From an uncultured Methanomicrobiaceae archaeon (GTDB lineage: Archaea > Halobacteriota > Methanomicrobia > Methanomicrobiales > Methanoculleaceae), in NCBI GenBank assembly GCA_963826525.1, contig CAWGXH010000004.1:1440001-1504000 (forward strand): a stretch of 64,000 bases of DNA, given 5' to 3'. The translations under genes and the position numbers were made by a program. Position 1 is the stretch's first letter; each line of letters begins with the position of its first letter. Below the pieces are notes generated by a model. That model did no database searches. It was not told where the DNA came from and saw nothing but the letters and a program-made list of their open reading frames with translations. Positions 61,932 to 64,000 of the stretch are shown piece after piece.

Positions 61932-64000
61932 TCACTGCACGATGAAATCACCGGTCATGATGGTGGGGTGCACGTCGCAGCGGAAGAAGTAGGTCCCTGG
62001 TTCCTCCGGCGCCGTGAAGGTGTAGGTTATGCTCCCCCGATTGATGATCTCACCGACAAAGATCGGGTCGTTTGCGGCGGAAGTGGTGTACACCGCCAGG
62101 TTGTGCGGGACGTTGTCGAGGTTCGTGAAGTCTACCGTCACGTTCGCACCGGCGGGCACGGTGATGGTATTCGTATCGAAGGCGATGTTCTCAGCCGTCA
62201 GGTTGACCGTTACATTTGCGGGCTGTGCCGGTGTCGTTATCGGGGTGGGGGTGGCATTGCCTGCCTCTTCCCCGGCAGTCACGTAGACTATGGCGGTGAC
62301 CGGTGGATCGAGCGGCGTATGATCGTTGTTGACGAGCTGCACGGAGAAGTTGTGCATGCCGGCCGTGACGTTCTCCCAGGTATAGGAGGTATTGGTGCTC
62401 ACGGCGTAGGATCCATTCTCCGGGACGGCGGGCTTGCCCTGCTCGGTCGGGATAGCGGTATCCATGTAGTAGTGAATATGTCCTTCACCGGGGACGGCTG
62501 CCTGTCCGAGTTTTTCGACAACGGTGAAGTTTGTAACATTCACCTCGACCGTCACATTGCCGACGGAGACGGTCGATCCGTTCTCCGGCATGGTAATGGT
62601 CACGTTCGGCATCCCGGTCATGTTGCCCATAGTCTGGTTTCCGGTCATGTTCCCGGTCGCGTTGCCCATAGTCTGATTCCCGGTTACAGTTCCGGTAACA
62701 TTACCCATGGTCTGATTCCCGGTGGTAACGTTGCCCATGGTCTGGTTTGCGGTCGTGTTCCCGGGCACCGTGACATTGCCGCCCTCCGCCCCCAGCCGAA
62801 GCGCTACCAGCACGGGCTGGTCACCGGAACCTGCGGGCCAGACAATGGTATCGTTCACGACGGCTGGCCAGGCGTTGATGCCTGCGGGGGCCGTCCAGTT
62901 CCAGACTTCCTCGCCGTTCATCCGGTCGAAGGCATAGATGACGCCGTCGTTGGTCGCCGTAAATACGAGATCGTTGACGATCGTAGCGCCGCCGAAGTTC
63001 GGGGAGTCAAACTCCTTGCCCCAGAGCATTTTGCCCGTATCCGCCTCGATAGCGGTTAACCTGCCGACGGACGCGTTGAGGGGCTCCTGGCCGGCTATCC
63101 TGGTGGAGGTGTAGTTGACGGAGAGGTCGAGACTCGGTACATAAACGATGCCGTCGGCATAGGCCATAGGCGTTTCAACCCCGCCGAAGTACCCGGGGGA
63201 GACGGTAACTGTCTCGTTCGGCGGAATTCCGGCAAGCTGGTCGTTCTGGTGCTCGCCGATCACCGCTACCCAGAGAAGTGCTCTGCTGTCGCGGTTGAAG
63301 GCATACACGCGTCCCATCTTACCGGCGCCAATGACGATATCCTGCGCTTCGCCGTTGACGTTCGCGGTGGCGAGGATCGGTGGGATCTGGAGATCATAAT
63401 CGAAGAGGTCGTGCGGAACTGCCTGCGTGTACCACTCCAGGCTTCCGTTCCCGGTTTCGAGGGCCACGATATTGTTGGTATAGAGGTTAGGGGCTGGTCT
63501 GCTCGTTCCGTTCGGCCACTCCTCCGTGCCCGGCCACGGTGCCGGGTTGCCGATACCCCAGTAGGTTACGTTGCGTTCGGTATCGACGGCAGGTGAATAC
63601 CAGGCCCCGCCTCCGCTGTTCACGTCAGGATTGCCCCAGAGGTCCGGCGAGTCGACGGTGCTGAAGCTCCAGGCCACCTCGCCTGTTTCCTGGTCGAGGG
63701 CGTAGATAACGCTAATACCTCCCGGCTGATAGAAGACGTCGCCGGTTCCGGGTACCGTCGAGGTGAGCACCTGACCGCCGTAGACGGACGGTTGGATGTC
63801 GATCCCTTCACCGATAAGTGTACCGGTTTCGTTGACCTTGAGTACAAGTTTCGTCGCCCAGAGTTCCTCACCGTTTGTTGCGTTCAGGGCTGCCATGTTG
63901 AACGGGTCTTTTGCTACGAAGACCTTCCCCCAGCCGACGGCAGGGCCGTTCGGGCCGATAATCGATGCGCCCAGATCTCCGACCCGTTCCGGAGGTCGAG
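61932..64000 (-). CDS. PQQ-type beta-propeller + His-rich Ig-like domain + cupredoxin surface protein (5' end outside window)
   Basis: GGGAWYSPAVD, GNPAPW, HDLFDYD, TG...W propeller motifs; GEGHIHYY...NNDHTPL; HN...YFFRCDVHPTIM type-1 copper motif. Confidence 0.88.
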   Translation of the reverse strand, partial: RPPERVGDLGASIIGPNGPAVGWGKVFVAKDPFNMAALNATNGEELWATKLVLKVNETGTLIGEGIDIQPSVYGGQVLTSTVPGTGDVFYQPGGISVIYALDQETGEVAWSFSTVDSPDLWGNPDVNSGGGAWYSPAVDTERNVTYWGIGNPAPWPGTEEWPNGTSRPAPNLYTNNIVALETGNGSLEWYTQAVPHDLFDYDLQIPPILATANVNGEAQDIVIGAGKMGRVYAFNRDSRALLWVAVIGEHQNDQLAGIPPNETVTVSPGYFGGVETPMAYADGIVYVPSLDLSVNYTSTRIAGQEPLNASVGRLTAIEADTGKMLWGKEFDSPNFGGATIVNDLVFTATNDGVIYAFDRMNGEEVWNWTAPAGINAWPAVVNDTIVWPAGSGDQPVLVALRLGAEGGNVTVPGNTTANQTMGNVTTGNQTMGNVTGTVTGNQTMGNATGNMTGNQTMGNMTGMPNVTITMPENGSTVSVGNVTVEVNVTNFTVVEKLGQAAVPGEGHIHYYMDTAIPTEQGKPAVPENGSYAVSTNTSYTWENVTAGMHNFSVQLVNNDHTPLDPPVTAIVYVTAGEEAGNATPTPITTPAQPANVTVNLTAENIAFDTNTITVPAGANVTVDFTNLDNVPHNLAVYTTSAANDPIFVGEIINRGSITYTFTAPEEPGTYFFRCDVHPTIMTGDFIVQ
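62600..62780. repeat. Tandem coding repeats (TGNQTMGN(V/A/M)T) forming a sequon-rich linker
   Basis: GCCCATAGTCTG(G/A)TT(T/C)CCGG-like unit occurs four times. Confidence 0.85.

Overview
Archaeal chromosome segment, most consistent with a Methanomicrobiales methanogen (Methanoculleus-like; inferred from gene content and order, roughly 60% GC by eye). 1-15.2 kb is the conserved minus-strand superoperon (tRNA-Ser, rps13/4/11, rpoD, rpl18e/13, rps9, rpoN, tRNA-Pro, rpoK, eno, rps2, MEMO1, mvk, ipk, fni, RNase J, GGPP synthase, gltX) plus deoxyhypusine synthase. 16.4-22 kb holds five tandem CBS-domain genes divergent from an Era-like GTPase/DUF2073/Zn-ribbon operon (OapABC/ArvABC-like), followed by a KamA-family radical SAM gene with a long structured leader. 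24.7-33.8 kb is a defence-like, partly decayed island: SWIM protein, Mrr-like nuclease, RHH fusion, Schlafen/AlbA_2 protein, MNT, two HEPN remnants, direct and inverted repeats and a recombinase-site-like palindrome. 33.8-40.3 kb has four class III signal peptide (pilin-like) genes with large C-terminal domains and a 246-bp MITE with a 6-bp target duplication. 40.5-64 kb has housekeeping genes, a probable heteromeric cis-prenyltransferase pair, PolX, Feo, an HTH-FHA regulator/membrane Ser-Thr kinase/K+ channel cluster and a PQQ-propeller-cupredoxin surface protein. Many genes, including the essential rps11, carry single-base frameshifts that are most likely assembly errors, so split genes are not treated as real pseudogenes. 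All family assignments come from recognising motifs by eye; no searches were run.
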